From NCBI GenBank assembly GCA_951406725.2, contig OX597829.1, positions 18,972,001 to 19,036,000 of the forward strand: DNA of 64,000 nt. The letters are read 5' to 3'. This stretch comes from Octopus vulgaris (Eukaryota). Position 1 is the first letter of the stretch. Each line of letters opens with the position of its first letter. Of this stretch, positions 13,986 to 28,320 are shown in pieces. The notes beneath the pieces were generated by a model. It was not told the DNA's origin and searched no databases. It saw nothing but the letters and a program-made list of their open reading frames with translations. Made by a program: the position numbers and the translations under genes.

Positions 13986-14033
<48 letters not shown>

Positions 14034-14061
14034 AAGCAGCAGCAGCAACAGCAGCAGCAGC

Positions 14062-14098
<37 letters not shown>

Positions 14099-15074
14099 AC
14101 CTTAGTAGTAGTAGTAGTAAAGCGGCGAGCAGGTAGAATTGTTAGCTCACTAGGCAAAAAATGCTTAGCAGAATTTTATCCGTCTTTACGTTCTGAGTTC
14201 AAATTCTACCTAAGCCAACTTTGCCTTTCATCCTTTCGTGGCCGATAAAGTAAGTACCAGTTGCGTTCTGGGGGTCGATGCAATCGACTTATTCCCTCTC
14301 CCAAAATTGCTAGCCGTTTGCTAAAATTTGAAGTTATTATTATTAGGAGTCAGGGCACTCGTGGTTTATGGAGTTTTTCCACAAGTAACCCTAGAGAGTC
14401 TCCTCTCTTTCTTTTTTTCTTTTTCTTTCTTTTACTTGTTTCAGTCATTTGACTGCAGCCATGCTGGAGCACCGCCTTTAGTTGAGCAAATCGACCCCGG
14501 GACTTATTCTTTGTAAGCCCAGTACTTATTCTATCGGTCTCTTTTGCCGAACTGCTAAGTGACGGGGACATAAACACACCAGCATCGGTTGTCAAGCAAT
14601 GCTAGGGGGGCAAACTCAGACACAGAAATACACACACACACACACACACATGCACACACACACACACATACATATATATATGAATATATACGACGGGCTT
14701 CTTTCAGTTTCCCTCTACCAAATCCACTCACAAGGCATTGGTCGGCCTGGAGCTATAGCAGAAGACACTTGCCCAAGATGCCACGCAGTGGGACTGAACC
14801 CGGAACCATGTGTTTGGTTAGCAAGCTACTTACCACACAGCCACTCCTGCGCCTATTGAAGATTATTGTTAAAATGATTTTTGTTTTTCTTGTCCATTAT
14901 TTTAAACCTGTTTACATGCAAAACCGTCACTACAACACATACTCGCACACATACGCACACACATACACACATTCTTTTTGCACTGTACTGTCCATAATGT
15001 TTTTCCTTAATGTAAATCTTTTGTGTTCATTAAAGAAATCATTATTATTAGTTTCTTTAATTCCTTTTTCACAG

Positions 15075-15121
15075 GCTTCTAATGAAAGAATACATTTACC
15101 AAGTATTTGTGAGAAATGCAG
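15075..15121 (+). CDS. 47-nt coding exon of the C8orf48-like gene (ASNERIHLPSICEKC)
   Basis: ttcctttttcacag acceptor, CAG|gtaaaa donor, phase 0 to 2 matching both neighbouring exons. H-x4-C-x2-C matches recalled C8orf48 QHISYQCPYC. Confidence 0.8.
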
Positions 15122-15269
15122 GTAAAAAAGAAACCCTTTGTTTTATTTAATTTAGCGTAATTAACTTTGATTAACCGAGGACTGTTTAAAAGTGAAGGAT
15201 TCAGTGTAAAGAATGTTTATTTGTGAGACTGGATTAAGTAGAAATTACTGAATGTTTAAGGTATTTGCT

Positions 15270-15521
15270 AATATGCATGTATGCATGTCTGTGTTTAGTG
15301 TGCATGTATCTACAGATGTCTACATGTGTGTGTGTGCTTGTGTGTGGATGTCTGCATGCGTGTGTGGGAGTATGTGCAGATGTGTGCATGTGTCTCTGTG
15401 AGAGTGTGTGTGAGCGGGTGTATGTGCTGATGTTTGTGTGCTTGTGTGTATGTGTGTATGTGCAGATGTCTGCATGCGTCTCTGTCAGTGTGTGGTGTAG
15501 GTGTAAATGAGCAGATGTCTG

Positions 15522-15560
<39 letters not shown>

Positions 15561-16655
15561 ATGTCGGCATGTGTGTGTGTGTGTGAAGGCGGAAACGTTA
15601 GCACGCTGGACGAAATGCTCAGCGATATTTCATCTGCCGTTACGTTCTGAGTTCAAATTCCGCCAAGGTCGATAAATTCCGCGGGGTCGATAAATTAAGT
15701 ACCAGTTACGCACTGGGGTCGATATAATCGACTTAAATCCCTTTGTCTGTCCTTGTTTGTCCTCTCTGTGTTTAGCCCCTTGTTTGTGGGTAGTAAAGAA
15801 ATAGGCATGTGTGTGTGGGGAGATGTATGTGTACACATCTCTGTGAGTGTGTAGTGAGGGTGTATATGAACGGATACATGTGGGGATATCTACATGTGTG
15901 TGTGTGTGTGAAGATGTCTGTATATGTTTCTGTGAGTGTGCAGTGTGGGTGTGTGCATATGTGTGTGTGTGTGTGCAGATGTCTGCATGTGTGTTGGGGG
16001 AGGAGTGTGTGTGCATATATGCAGACGTCTGCATCCATGTCTATGAGTGTGTGGTGTATGTGTATATGTGTGTATGTATGTGCAGATGTATACATGTGAG
16101 TGGGGGAAGGAGTGTGTTTGTGTGTATGTGCAGATATATGCTTTCATTTTGGTATGTTGTGTGTGTATATATGTGTGGATGCATATGCAGTTGTCTGCAT
16201 GTTTGTATTGTGCATGTGTGTGTTTCTGCAGATGTTTACATGTGTGTGTATGTGTGTGCATGAGTGTATGTGTGTATGTGTGCAGATGTCTGCATGTGTG
16301 TGTGTATGTGTGTGTGTGTGTGTGTGCAAATGTCTACATGTGCCTGTGAGTGTATGTGTGTGTATGCACATGTCTGCATGTGCGTGTGTGTGTGTGTGTT
16401 TGCAGATTTCTGCATGCATCTTTGTGAGTGTGTGGTGTGTGAATATGTATGTGTGTTTGTGTGTGGAGATATCTACATCTATGTCTTCCATATCTGTGAG
16501 TGTGTAGTATGTGTATGGATATCTGCATGTGTGTGTGTATATGAGAGAGTATGTGTGTGTGTGTGTGCATGGATATATGTGCAGATGTGTGTTTGTGTGT
16601 GCATCTGTGTTCAGGGATTTCTGCATATCTGTGTGAGTGTGTGTGTAAGTATGTA
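15270..16655. repeat. Degenerate (TG)n-based satellite with recurring tgcagatgtctgcatg unit, interrupted by a SINE at about 15588-15803
   Basis: Repeated gtgtgtgcagatgtctgcatgtgtgt motif. Confidence 0.85.
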
Positions 16656-17577
16656 CATATGAGCAAAACGCTCCCCCGTCCAATGGATGGTGCTGAGTTG
16701 TCAAACATTTAAATCAAATTTTCTCAAAACAACTTGTCCGACCGTCCCATAGCCCCCGCCTCCTTTGAGAAACACTGATTTAACCTAAATTTGAGACACC
16801 AGCAAAAGAAGAAATAAAGATAGACTTTTTTTCTATTCCAAAGAAAAACAATTTTATTCACACAAATATGCAACTGAAGAGCTTAAAGTACCAGTAATGA
16901 AAAGGCTGTTGTCTGGGAGAACACAAACATGGTTTAAACAGTAAACTTGGCAGGAAAGAAGAATACCTTTAAGCAGTACAAAAACAACATGCATTTTTCT
17001 CGCGTATGCGTAGTATCGATAGCAACAGCTGATGTAGTTGTGTGTACAAATGCACGTTCCCATGGCTTTATCGATCGCATTCTCACCTGGAATCAATTTT
17101 TGTAATTTTTTCAAGACTAATACATGCCCTAATACTTTAGGTACCTACATATCAAATTTGAGTGCAATTGGATGGAGGATGCCCGAGATCCTAGAAGACA
17201 CACACAGACAGAACGGATTTTATATAATAGATATATATACATGTGTGTGTGTGTGTCTGTGTGTCTATCCATTCCCACTTAACTTATGCCTTCTAGGCCA
17301 ACTAGGCTCCTCATCGCTATTTTCTTTCTCATCTCAGGTGAGGGGGTCTTGTCTTGTACTTCAGCACACACACACACATACACACACACAAAAGCAGCCT
17401 GTACACTCTGTAAAGTGGTTGCATTAGGAAGGGCATCCAGCAATAGAAACCATTCCAAAGTAGACATTGGGATATGATGTGGTCCTTAGACCCATCCCAT
17501 CCTTTCAAACCTCTCCGATCCATGCCAGCATGGAACATAGTCCTTAAACGATCATGATCATGACGAGGGCGATGATA

Positions 17578-17612
<35 letters not shown>

Positions 17613-17871
17613 AACTACAATGACAGTGGTGATGGCAACAACAATGTAGACAATAATGACGATGAAAAAATGACGGTGATGATGATGATGATGACGACAA
17701 AGAAGATGATGATGATGATGACAACGATGGCGACAATAATGAAGAAGATGATGATGATGATGATGATAATGACGACGACGACGACGATGACAGCGATGAC
17801 GACAACAACAACAAAGACAATGATGATGAAGATAATGATGATAATGATGATGATGTACACGTACATATGTG

Positions 17872-18200
17872 AAGGTGCATGGCTTAGTGGTTTGGGCATT
17901 TGGCTCAAGATCATGAGGTCATGAGTTCAATTACTGGCTGTGCATTGTGTCCTTGAGCGAGACACTTTATTTCATGTTGCTCCAGTCCACTCAGCTGCCT
18001 GAAATGAATGGTGCCTGTATTTAAAAAAAGGGCCAGCCTTTTCACATTCTTCGTAACACTGAATCCCTCTGAGATTCCCTGTGTTAAAGGGAACATGCGT
18101 CTGTGGAGTGCTCAGCCACTTGCACATTAATTTCACGAGCTGACTGTTCCATTGATCAGATCAACTGGAACCCTCGTCACCATATGTGATGGAGTGCCAG
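17872..18200 (+). mobile_element. Fourth tRNA-derived SINE head (ggtgcatggcttagtggtt...gtgtccttgagcgagacactt) with the tail shared with 31770-31950
   Basis: The same head recurs at 25478-25725, 37386-37690 and 8930-9170 (-) with other tails. Confidence 0.7.
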
Positions 18201-18213
18201 TTACTAGTTAGTT

Positions 18214-18269
<56 letters not shown>

Positions 18270-18309
18270 ACACAAACATCTAATCATTCCATCTTTGGAC
18301 TTCTTTGCA

Positions 18310-18537
18310 TTAACCCTTTCGTTACTGTTTTTATTTTGAGATGCTCTGTGTTTCTTTCAATTACTTTAAATATAACAAAGAATTTCGTAAAATAACTTAG
18401 TTATCATTCAGATAGTGTTAGGAACATTAATTGTGACTAAGATTTGGTGGAAGATTTTAATTCAAAACTTACGAAAACAAGACATTTATACTCAGAGCCA
18501 GAGCCGGTTTCAGCCGGGTTGGTAAAAAAAGGGTTAA
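18310..18537. mobile_element. piggyBac-like MITE
   Basis: TTAA-CCCTTT...AAAGGG-TTAA termini; related decayed pieces near 30650-30910 and 46280-46570. Confidence 0.7.
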
Positions 18538-19564
18538 GATCTGAAATGTAAAGACCTTCTCTACCCTGGTAACAGAGGCTTGTCTTATCCAATGCTGATT
18601 GTTTCCATTACAACTGCATATTGAGATTAACTACATCTATCAGCATTATCATGGATCTGCGGGCCCCCAGAAACAGCTGTTGGGCTTATAACACCTTCAT
18701 TCTACCCCTTTAATTTTCTTTGTCATTTGTGCTCTGTGTAATTTGGATCTATTAATATAAATGTCTATATCACCATGATCACCATGACCAACCAGGCTAT
18801 CAGATGTTGCTACACATCGCTAGTCACAATGCACTTTGCATTGTTTTAGCCTTTAAATGATGCTGGCTACAGGCCAACAGAAGAAAGTGTGAGAGAAAGT
18901 TGTGGCAAAAGAGTACAGCAGGGATCACCACCACCCCCTGCCGGAGCCTCGTGGAGCTTTAGGTGGTTTTGCTCAATAAACACTCTCAACACCTGGTCTA
19001 GGAATCAAAACTGTGATCCTACAACCACGAGTCTGCTGCCCTAACCACTGGGTCATTGTGCCTCCAATAAATGTCTATATAGTCTCCACTTTTTGCTTTC
19101 TCTCCTTTTGCATGTATATATGTTCGTACATTAACTATTATATTTAATATATCCAATTTGCTTATCCTCATAATTGCCTCCTTCTGTGTGTGTATGTGTG
19201 TGTGTGTTTGTGTGTGTGTTGATTTGTGTTTTTTTTTATGTTCAGTTCCCCTGCTCTCATGGGCTGGATTAACATGCATTCAGATGTTTTTACAGATAGG
19301 TACCCTTCCTATCACTAAACCTAACCTTTTTTTCAAGTAAAGGTTTTCCTTGATTTCTTTTTTCTTTTAATTCCATTTCATCTTCATAAGTGCAAAGCTT
19401 TTGGAGAGTCTGTTAGCAGGGAAGGTCACTATCCACCACTCTTTCACTTTTGTTTTTTCCTCAAAGCATTTCATGCAAAGACATGCAATGTAAACATTCA
19501 CACAGATACACGTACACAAACTTACGTACGCATACTTATAGACACACACAGACACACACACACA

Positions 19565-19637
<73 letters not shown>

Positions 19638-20328
19638 ACACACACACATGAACACATATGTTTACATACACATCAGGTTTCCGACGAATCCACACTAGAT
19701 CAAGAACACAAACACAAACATCTTCTTGGCCCTTATACAAACCTCTTCAGGCATATGAATCAGTTAATTGTTAAACAAATGAGTAAACAGGGGCTGTGTG
19801 ACCATATGCTTAAAGCTATCAATATCTTAACAACTATACCTGAGGGACAAGTTGCTTGTATTTGTCTTATGAGACATGCTTATAGTAATCAATACAGCTA
19901 TTTCCTCTGTTGGTTTCCCCCAAGGAGGGGGATGTTTTTACTGTCCAATTGATCTTCTTTACTGTTCAACAGCAGAGTTTCTAAACTGACAAAGCAGAAT
20001 CCTGAATCCAAGGGAAACCAGCTGCAATATACTTTGGTAACTGTTTCACAATAGGAGAGGAGAGATCAATAGGTTTAACTGTTGTAAAGGGAATTGTGGT
20101 AGTGACTAGGGCTTTGATCTTTGTAGTTTTTATCAGAGATGTTGGCATTTGTGTTAACCTGAAGTTTCATAAAATCACAGGAAGAAGGATACTTGAGAGA
20201 TGTTGGTAACACCAGTGACACTAAAGACATATAAACATACACACACATACACACATATACCTAGACACATGTATATACATGTGAGTGTGCATGTGTTTGT
20301 GTATATATATGTGTGTGTGTGTGTGTGC

Positions 20329-20362
<34 letters not shown>

Positions 20363-20427
20363 TTACACATATAAATACATACATATATATATATATATAC
20401 ACCCACACCCACATACACATATTTATG

Positions 20428-20477
<50 letters not shown>

Positions 20478-20625
20478 GTATATGTATATATATATATATA
20501 CACACATATATAATATTAATATATATCATAATGATATTTATTCTCCGATTTGAAGTGACAATTATTAAATATAAACAAATGGCTGTAATTTGCAAAGCCT
20601 TTCGGGTTTGTTTATAAAAATATTA

Positions 20626-20671
<46 letters not shown>

Positions 20672-21052
20672 ATCATCATCATCATCACCATTTAACATCT
20701 GCTTTCCATGCTAGCATGTGATGGACGATTTGAGTGAGGTCTGGTGAACCAGATGGCTGCACCAGGCTCCAATCTGATCTGGCAGAGTTTCTACAGCTGG
20801 ATGCCCTTCCTAATGCCAATCACTCCGAGAGTGTAGTGGGTGCTTTTACATGCCACCGGCACGAGGGCCAGTCAGGTGGTACTAGCAACGGCCACGCTCA
20901 AATGGTGCTTTTTATGTGACTTTATTGATAAAGCTGCAAGGACATTACATATATCATGCAGCTTTATTAATAAAGCATATTACTTTACCTCTGGTATTTG
21001 TGTACTATTTTTTGACACCCTGTTTCACATTTATGTGCTTACTCTGGTAAAT

Positions 21053-21099
<47 letters not shown>

Positions 21100-21265
21100 G
21101 GAGTTATGGTATATACCTGGTAGCTTACCGGTAAAATGTGTTCATTGGGTATTTGATTAACGAGAGAGACAGAAGATGGAAGATACGAGAATGTTTATTA
21201 ATCACTACAATTGTTTTGACCCAACTAGCATTTAGTATCTTCCATCTCTCTCTTTAATCAAATAT

Positions 21266-21306
<41 letters not shown>

Positions 21307-21620
21307 CTTATAATAAAAAACCACAAATCCTGTAAAAACGGCTACCCAGGGTTTCCTTGTTGAAATAATAATTTATTCCGCTATTTATGAAGCTGGAAAC
21401 AAGACTGTCTGTCAGTTGTCTTTTGAGCAGATAACCTTTAAACAAGGGATGCTGGTAAAGAAGACAATTATTATTTCAATCAGGAAACCCTGGATGGCTG
21501 TATTTACAAGATTTGTGCTTTTTATTATAAGATTATCTTTACTCTTTTGGCTGAGTATTTTTCTAGTTGTTGAAACATTACCATATAATATATATCTATA
21601 TATATATATACATCTGTCTG

Positions 21621-21693
<73 letters not shown>

Positions 21694-22370
21694 GTTCGTC
21701 AGCCTCGTCTGGCATCTGTGTCGGTGGCACATAAAAACACCATCCGAGCGTGGCCGTTCGCCAGCCTCGTCTGGCACCTGTGTCGGTGGCACATAAAATC
21801 ACCCACTACACTCTCGGAGTGGTTGGCGTTAGGAAGGGCATCCAGCTGTAGAAACACTGCCAGATCTGACTGGCCTGGTGCAGCCTTCGGGCTCCCCAGA
21901 CCCCAGTTGAACCGTCCAACCCATGCTAGCATGGAAAGCGGACGTTAAATGATAAGAAAAGATAAGAAGAAGAGAAAGATATATATATATATATATATGA
22001 TGGGCTTCTTTCAGCTTCTCTCTACCAAATCCACTCACAAGGTATTGGTCGGCCTGAGGCTGTATTAGAAGACACTTGCCCAAGGTGCCATGCAGTGAGA
22101 TTGTACCCAGAATCATGTGGTTGGTGAGCAAGCTACTTACTATACAGCCACTCCTGTGCCTATATTTCTATATATATTTGCCATGATAGATCGCTAGCCT
22201 CTGAACCTCTTCCTGTTTTCCCTCTCTGTTTATTTCTGTGTTCCTTTCCGTTGAAGAGCATAGGGTCGAAATGTAAAAGACTTTCTCACTCCTTGAGCGT
22301 TAAACTAATACATCTGTTTGTTGTTTACACACCCATCTTCATCTTTTGCTTTGTTTGAAAATTCTCACTC

Positions 22371-22455
<85 letters not shown>

Positions 22456-22648
22456 TATATGAATATAACAGGGAATAATCTTTTTGCCTTTAACATGAGT
22501 GCATCATAAATGGTCTCTAGAGACCTAGACATGTGTACAATGATTAGACAGTGGAATAGGGGTGAGGCAGATGTACTTTTGATATTGTGAAAACAGTTAT
22601 TTAACGGAATCAGTACTTTTGTGTGTTTTGCTCTTTTAATCATTGCAG

Positions 22649-22766
22649 TAAAGAAATGTCGCAAATTGAAGCAAGCACAGCACAGGAGCAGTTCCTTAAA
22701 TGGCGAATTAATGAATTGCAGAAGAAGAAACTTGAAGAAGAAATTGAAAACCATCTGCTCAATGTG
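22649..22766 (+). CDS. Coding exon of the C8orf48-like gene (SKEMSQIEASTAQEQFLKWRINELQKKKLEEEIENHLLNV)
   Basis: cttttaatcattgcag acceptor, GTG|gtaaat donor, phase 2 to 0. FLKWRINELQKKKLEEEIENHL aligns by eye with recalled C8orf48 FLKQKKTLLESFLLQEKIDEHL. Confidence 0.8.
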
Positions 22767-22907
22767 GTAAATATTATTTTATATGCATTTATGTTGGGTA
22801 AGGAACTGAAAGAGTATCATTGTGGATGCAAGCAGCTTTATCTGGATCTCTAGAGTAATGTTACTTGATAGGGCGCATATCTCAGAGATCAGGGAATCCC
22901 TCCAGGT

Positions 22908-23124
22908 CAGTGCTTTTCAACCATTTTGCTGGAGCGGAACCCCAAGAAAATATTTCACTGGCTCGAGGAACCCCTGTGCAATAATTTAATAGTCTTATGC
23001 ACACATATCTGCACAGGAGAATTAAAAATTACTGTCGATTTTAGCATTTTTGTAACTTCTTGCGGAACCCTGGACTGTACTGGCGGAACCCTAAGGTTCT
23101 GCGGAACCCTGTTGAAAACCACTG
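22908..23124. mobile_element. hAT/Charlie-like MITE
   Basis: TIRs CAGTGCTTTTCAAC / GTTGAAAACCACTG; 8-bp TSD ctccaggt / ctctaggt; internal ggaaccc subterminal repeats. Confidence 0.85.
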
Positions 23125-23872
23125 CTCTAGGTCAAGCTGATATTTTTCTACATTGAGAGATCCCAGCTCCAGTACTGTGGGCATGTGATTAAAATGTTGC
23201 AGGAGAGAATCACAATGGATTTTTCAAGCCAAGCCATCTGGTAAGAGATATATGGGTGGGCCAAAGATGAGATGATTGGATACTAAGATAAGTTACAATT
23301 TTTTTTATAGGCATAGGAGTGGCTGTGTGGTAAGCAGCTTGCTTATGAACCACGTGGTTCCAGGTTCAGAACCATTGTGCGGCACCTTGGGCAAGTGTCT
23401 TCTACCATAGCCTTGGGCCGACCAAAGCCTTGTGAGTGGATTTGGTAGAGGGAAACTGAAAGAAGCTTGTCGTGTATATGTATGTGTGTGTGTATATGTT
23501 TGTGTGTTTGTGTTTGTACCCCCAACATCACTTGACAACCGATGCTGGTGTGTTTATGTCCCCGTAACTTAGCGGCTTGGCAAAAGTGACAGATAGAATA
23601 AGTACTAAGCTTACAAAGAATAAGTCCTAGGGTCGATTTTATTTTATTTGAATTAAATTATGGCTTGTACAGTAAGGTCCGGCGAACCTATTTACACATA
23701 TGCACACTTATCTGTTAAAATTGAAATATAGTATTTGGTATCAAACTATGATAAAGGTATTTAGAGGCCTGATGTTTGGGGTTACATTTTTAAGAAAGGT
23801 TCCTGTAAAACACTGCGTGCTTAAGGAACCCTAAAAGAACCCCAAGAAACACTGTAGCTGAGAAATGAGTTA

Positions 23873-24590
23873 TCATCATCATCATCATCGTTTAGCGTCC
23901 GTTTTCCATGCTAGCATGGGTTGGACGGTTCTACTGGGGTCTGTGAAGCCAGAAGGCTTCATCAGGCCCAGTCAAATCTGGCAGTGTTTCTACGGCTGGA
24001 TGCCCTTCCTAACGCCAACCACTCCGTGAGTGTAGTGGGTGCTTTTTACGTGCCACCCGCACTGGTGCCAGACAGAGCTGGCAAACGGCCACGAACGGAT
24101 GGTGCTTTTTATGTGCCACCGGCACGAGGGCCAGTCGAGGCTGGCAACGGACACGAAACGGGGCGGTGCTGGCAACGGTCGCGAAACGGAAAGTTCTCTT
24201 ACATGCCACCGGCACTGGTAACACATCTGCAATTTCCATTGATCGATTTCCATTGATCGATTTCGATTCTGATCCTCACTTGCCTCAACGGGTCTTCACA
24301 AGCAGAGTTTTGACATGCCACCGGCACTGGTAGCACATCCGCAATTTCCATTGATCGATTTCGATTCTGTTCCTCACTTGCCTCAACACGTCTTCACAAG
24401 TAGAGTTTTGTGTCCCAAGAAGGGAAGGTATGCATACGTAGGCCGGCTCCATCCCATGTAGAAGGCCACGGGTTATGGACTCACTTGTCCTGCCGGGTCT
24501 TCTCGCGCTCAGCACACTTCCAGAGGTCTCGGTCTCTAGTCATTTCCTCAGTGAGACCTAAAGTTCGAAGGTCGTGCTTCACCACCTCGA
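23873..24590 (-). mobile_element. RTE-clade LINE 3' fragment
   Basis: Same 3' UTR family with (CAT)n on the plus strand; the minus strand encodes EVVKHDLRTLGLTEEMTRDRDLWK. Confidence 0.85.
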
Positions 24591-24734
24591 GTTGTAAGTA
24601 TTAAATCAAAATTCTTTTATATGGCGTGATGATGGGGACTACTATCTCTAAATAACATATATATTTCCTCATTGAGAATGATTTGAACCCCTGTGATGCC
24701 GGAATTTTTATTCTCTAATAAATAAAACAATATG

Positions 24735-24775
<41 letters not shown>

Positions 24776-26124
24776 CTGTGTTTGTCCCCCACAACATTGC
24801 TTGACAACCGATGCTGGTGTGTTTATGTCCCCGTAACTTAGCGGTTTGGCAAAAGTGACAGATAGAATAAGTACTAGGCTTACAAAGAATAAGTCCTGGG
24901 GTCGATTTGCTCGACTAAAGGCAGTGCTCTAGCATGGCCACAGTCAAATGACTAAAACAAGTAAAAAGAAAAAAAAAAGTATGGTTTTGGAAGAACTTTC
25001 TGGAGTTATTACTTTATTTGACCAACTTACCATATTTTTTAATGTCTGCTAAATCTCTTGTGATGCTCCTGAAGAACCAAAACAAACCCTGATGTCATAA
25101 CCTCTTGACAGTGGACGATCCCACGGATTTTCATCTTTTCTACATCACACCTGTATCAATTGTTCTAAGTTTCATGCATAATCTTTTCTACTAATGAAGC
25201 CAATGGGCCTGAAATTTTGAGGGAAGGGACAAGTCTATTACAACGACCCCAGAACTCAACTGGTACTTAATTTATCAACCCCAAAAGGATAAAAGGCAAA
25301 GCTGACCTCAGCAGAATTTGAACTCAGAACGTAGCGACTGGTGAAATACCACTAAGGATTCCATCCAGTGTGCAAATGATTCTGCCAGCTTGTTGCCCTA
25401 GGTTTCATACATCATAACATCATTACTGAAATATCAAATTCATGAATGCAGAATACATTTATGTATATAACTAATGGGAGGTGTGTGGCTTAGTGGTTAG
25501 GGTGTCAGCATCATGTCCATAAGATTGTGGTTTCAATCCCTGGACCAGGCGACGCATTGTTTTCTTGAGCAAAACACTTTATTCCACATTGTTCCAGTTC
25601 ACTCAGCTGGCAAAAATGAGTAACGCTGTGATGGACTGGCGTCCCGTCCCGCTGGGGATCACATACACCTTAGAAACCAGGAAACTGGGGCCCATGAGCC
25701 TGGCTAGGCTTTAAAAGGGCGCATCCGTTTTTATTTTATATAACTAATGAAATATTTCATGTAAATAACAGAACTGAGCTAAAAAAATTGTTTTGTATGT
25801 GTCAGGGTGCCCTTTTTTTCTTTTTTAAGGTGCTCACTCCCACTAACTTTAGAACCTGGTTATGCCTTCTGCCTTCAACGTTTCGACTTGATCAACAGCG
25901 AATCATTACAGCTCCTTCTATACATGTCTTATGCTTAAATATAGTTCCTACGATAGTTAATAACTCTCTCACACCATTAAATTTTTGATGAACCTGTCCA
26001 TTGTCTATTGAGCATTTAATGAAGTTTACTCCAATATTATTCTTGTACACAGACATTTTCCCGTACTTTCCTCCACACCACATGCATTACAGCTTGTCAT
26101 CACCTCATTTGTCTTTCCAATATT

Positions 26125-27063
26125 TACCATTATACTCGCTTAGAGTAAAGGGCAGACTGTATGATGCATGTGTACGAACTGCCATGCTACATGGCAGTGA
26201 AACATGGGCCGTGACTGCTGAGGACATGCGTAAGCTCGTGAGGAATGAAGCCAGTATGCTCCGATGGATGTGTAATGTCAGTGTACTTACTCGACAGAGC
26301 GTTAGTTCCTTGAGAGAAATGTTGTACCTAAGAAGCATCAGTTGTTGTGTGCAAGAGAGACGATTGCGCTGGTACGGTCATGTGGCGAGAATGGATGAAG
26401 ATAGGTGTGTGAGAAAGTGCCAATCCCTAGCAGTTGAGGGAACCCGTGGAAGAGGTAGACCCAGGAAAACTTGGGACGAGGTGGTGAAGCACGACCTTCG
26501 AACGTTAGGTCTCACCATGGAAATGACTAGAGACCGAGACCTATGGAAGTATGCTGTGCGTGAGAAGACCCAGCAAGACTAGTGAAGCCATAACCCATGG
26601 CCCCTACCTGGGACGTAGTCAGTCCACCTGTGCATACCTTCCTGCTTGTGACACTTGTGAAGACCTGTTGAGGCAAGTGAAAGTCAAATCGAATCAAATC
26701 AAACCAATCAAAATAGATGAACATCAATGGAATTTGTATCCTTGTGGTACCAGTGCCGGTGGCACATAAGAAAACCATCCGAACGGGACCGTAGCCAGTA
26801 CCACATCGACTGGCCTCCGTGCTGTGGGCACGTAACAAACACCATCCGATCGTAGCTGTTCGCCAGCCTCGTCTGGCACCTATGTCGGTGGCACATAAAA
26901 TCACCCACTACACTCTTGGAGTGGTTGGCGTTAGGAAGGGCATCCAGCTGTAGAAACACTGCCAGATCTGACTGGCCTGGTGCAGCCTTTGGGCTTGCCA
27001 GACCCCAGTTGAACCATCCAACCCATGCTAGCATGGAAAGCGGACGTTAAACGATGATGATGA
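26125..27063 (+). mobile_element. RTE-clade LINE 3' fragment (ORF2 C-terminus, 3' UTR, (GAT)n tail)
   Basis: KGRLYDACVRTAMLHGSETW...RLRWYGHVARMDEDR...RGRGRPRKTW...DRDLWK; 3' UTR with gtgccaccggcac subrepeats ending in cggacgttaaacgatgatgat. Confidence 0.9.
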
Positions 27064-27624
27064 TACGTTTTGCTTGCTTGCTTGCATTCCTTCTGTCTGT
27101 TCACCATTTCTTTCAGTTCATCCTTACTCACGGCTCTTAACACCAGATCATCTGCATATAGCAACTCCCATGGTAAATCCATCTTTAGTCTTTAACCCTT
27201 TAGTCTATAACCTTGGCCATGATGCAGCCCCCACCCCCAATCACATCATTGAAAATCTCAAAACTACGAGATAATGCATAGTTAATTCAAAACAGTGTGA
27301 ATAAATGTTGCATTTCACAAAGTAATCTGAAAGCTAAAGGGTTATATATACATACATACATGCATGTATGTTTTCATGCATACATACATACCATACATAC
27401 CATACATACACACACACTTACTATACATACATACACACATACCATACATTCCATACATACATGAGCGTAGGAGTGGCTGTGTGGTAAGTAGCTTGTGTCC
27501 CAACCACATGGTTCCGGGTTCAGTCCCACTGCATGGCACCTTGGGCAAGTGTCTACTACTATAACCTCGGGCTGACCAAAGCCTTGTGAGTGAATTTGGT
27601 AGACGGAAACTGAAAGAAGCCCAT

Positions 27625-27657
<33 letters not shown>

Positions 27658-27809
27658 TTGTGTGTCTGTGTTTGTCCCCAAAACATTGAGAGTGGGGGCA
27701 TTGATGCCAGGTGATGAGAGGCTAGAGTGTGACAGAGGGACAGTAACAGGTGTCTCGCTGTAGAGGAGGTACATGGTTACCCAGTCAGAGGGAGAGAGCA
27801 AGATATAGA

Positions 27810-28320
27810 GGGTGGCAAGCTGGCAGAAACATTAGCATGCCGGGCGAAATGCTTAGCAGTATTTTGTTGTGCCGTTATGTTCTGAGTTCAAATTCCACCA
27901 AGGTCAGCTTTGCCTTTTATCCTTTTGGGGTCGATAAATTAAGCACCAGTTACGCACTGGGGTCGATGTAATCGGCTTAATCTGTTCATCTGTCCTTGTT
28001 TGTCCCCTCTGTATTTAGCCCCTTGTGGGTAGTGAAGAAATAAGGAATGTTAGCACGCCGGACGAAATGCTCAGCGGTATTTCGTCTGTCGTTACGTTCT
28101 GAGTTCAAATCCCCCGAGGTCGACTTTGCCTTTCATCCTTTCGGAGTCGGTAAATTAAGTACCAGTTGCGTACTGGCGTCGATCTAATCGATTGGCCCTC
28201 TCTCCCAAAATTTCAGTCCCAGTTACGCACTGGGGTCGATGTAATCGACTTAATTCCCTTGTCTGTCCTTGTTTGTCCCCCCTGTGTTTAGCCCCTTGTG
28301 GGCAATAATGAAATAAGAAA
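27810..28320 (+). mobile_element. Tandem/nested copies of a second tRNA-derived SINE family
   Basis: gagttcaaattcc B-box and central gtcgactttgcctttcatcctttcggggtcgataaattaagtaccag domain. Other copies at about 2890, 3955, 6150, 14120, 15588, 25205(-), 31055-31280(-), 32480(-), 38050. Confidence 0.8.
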
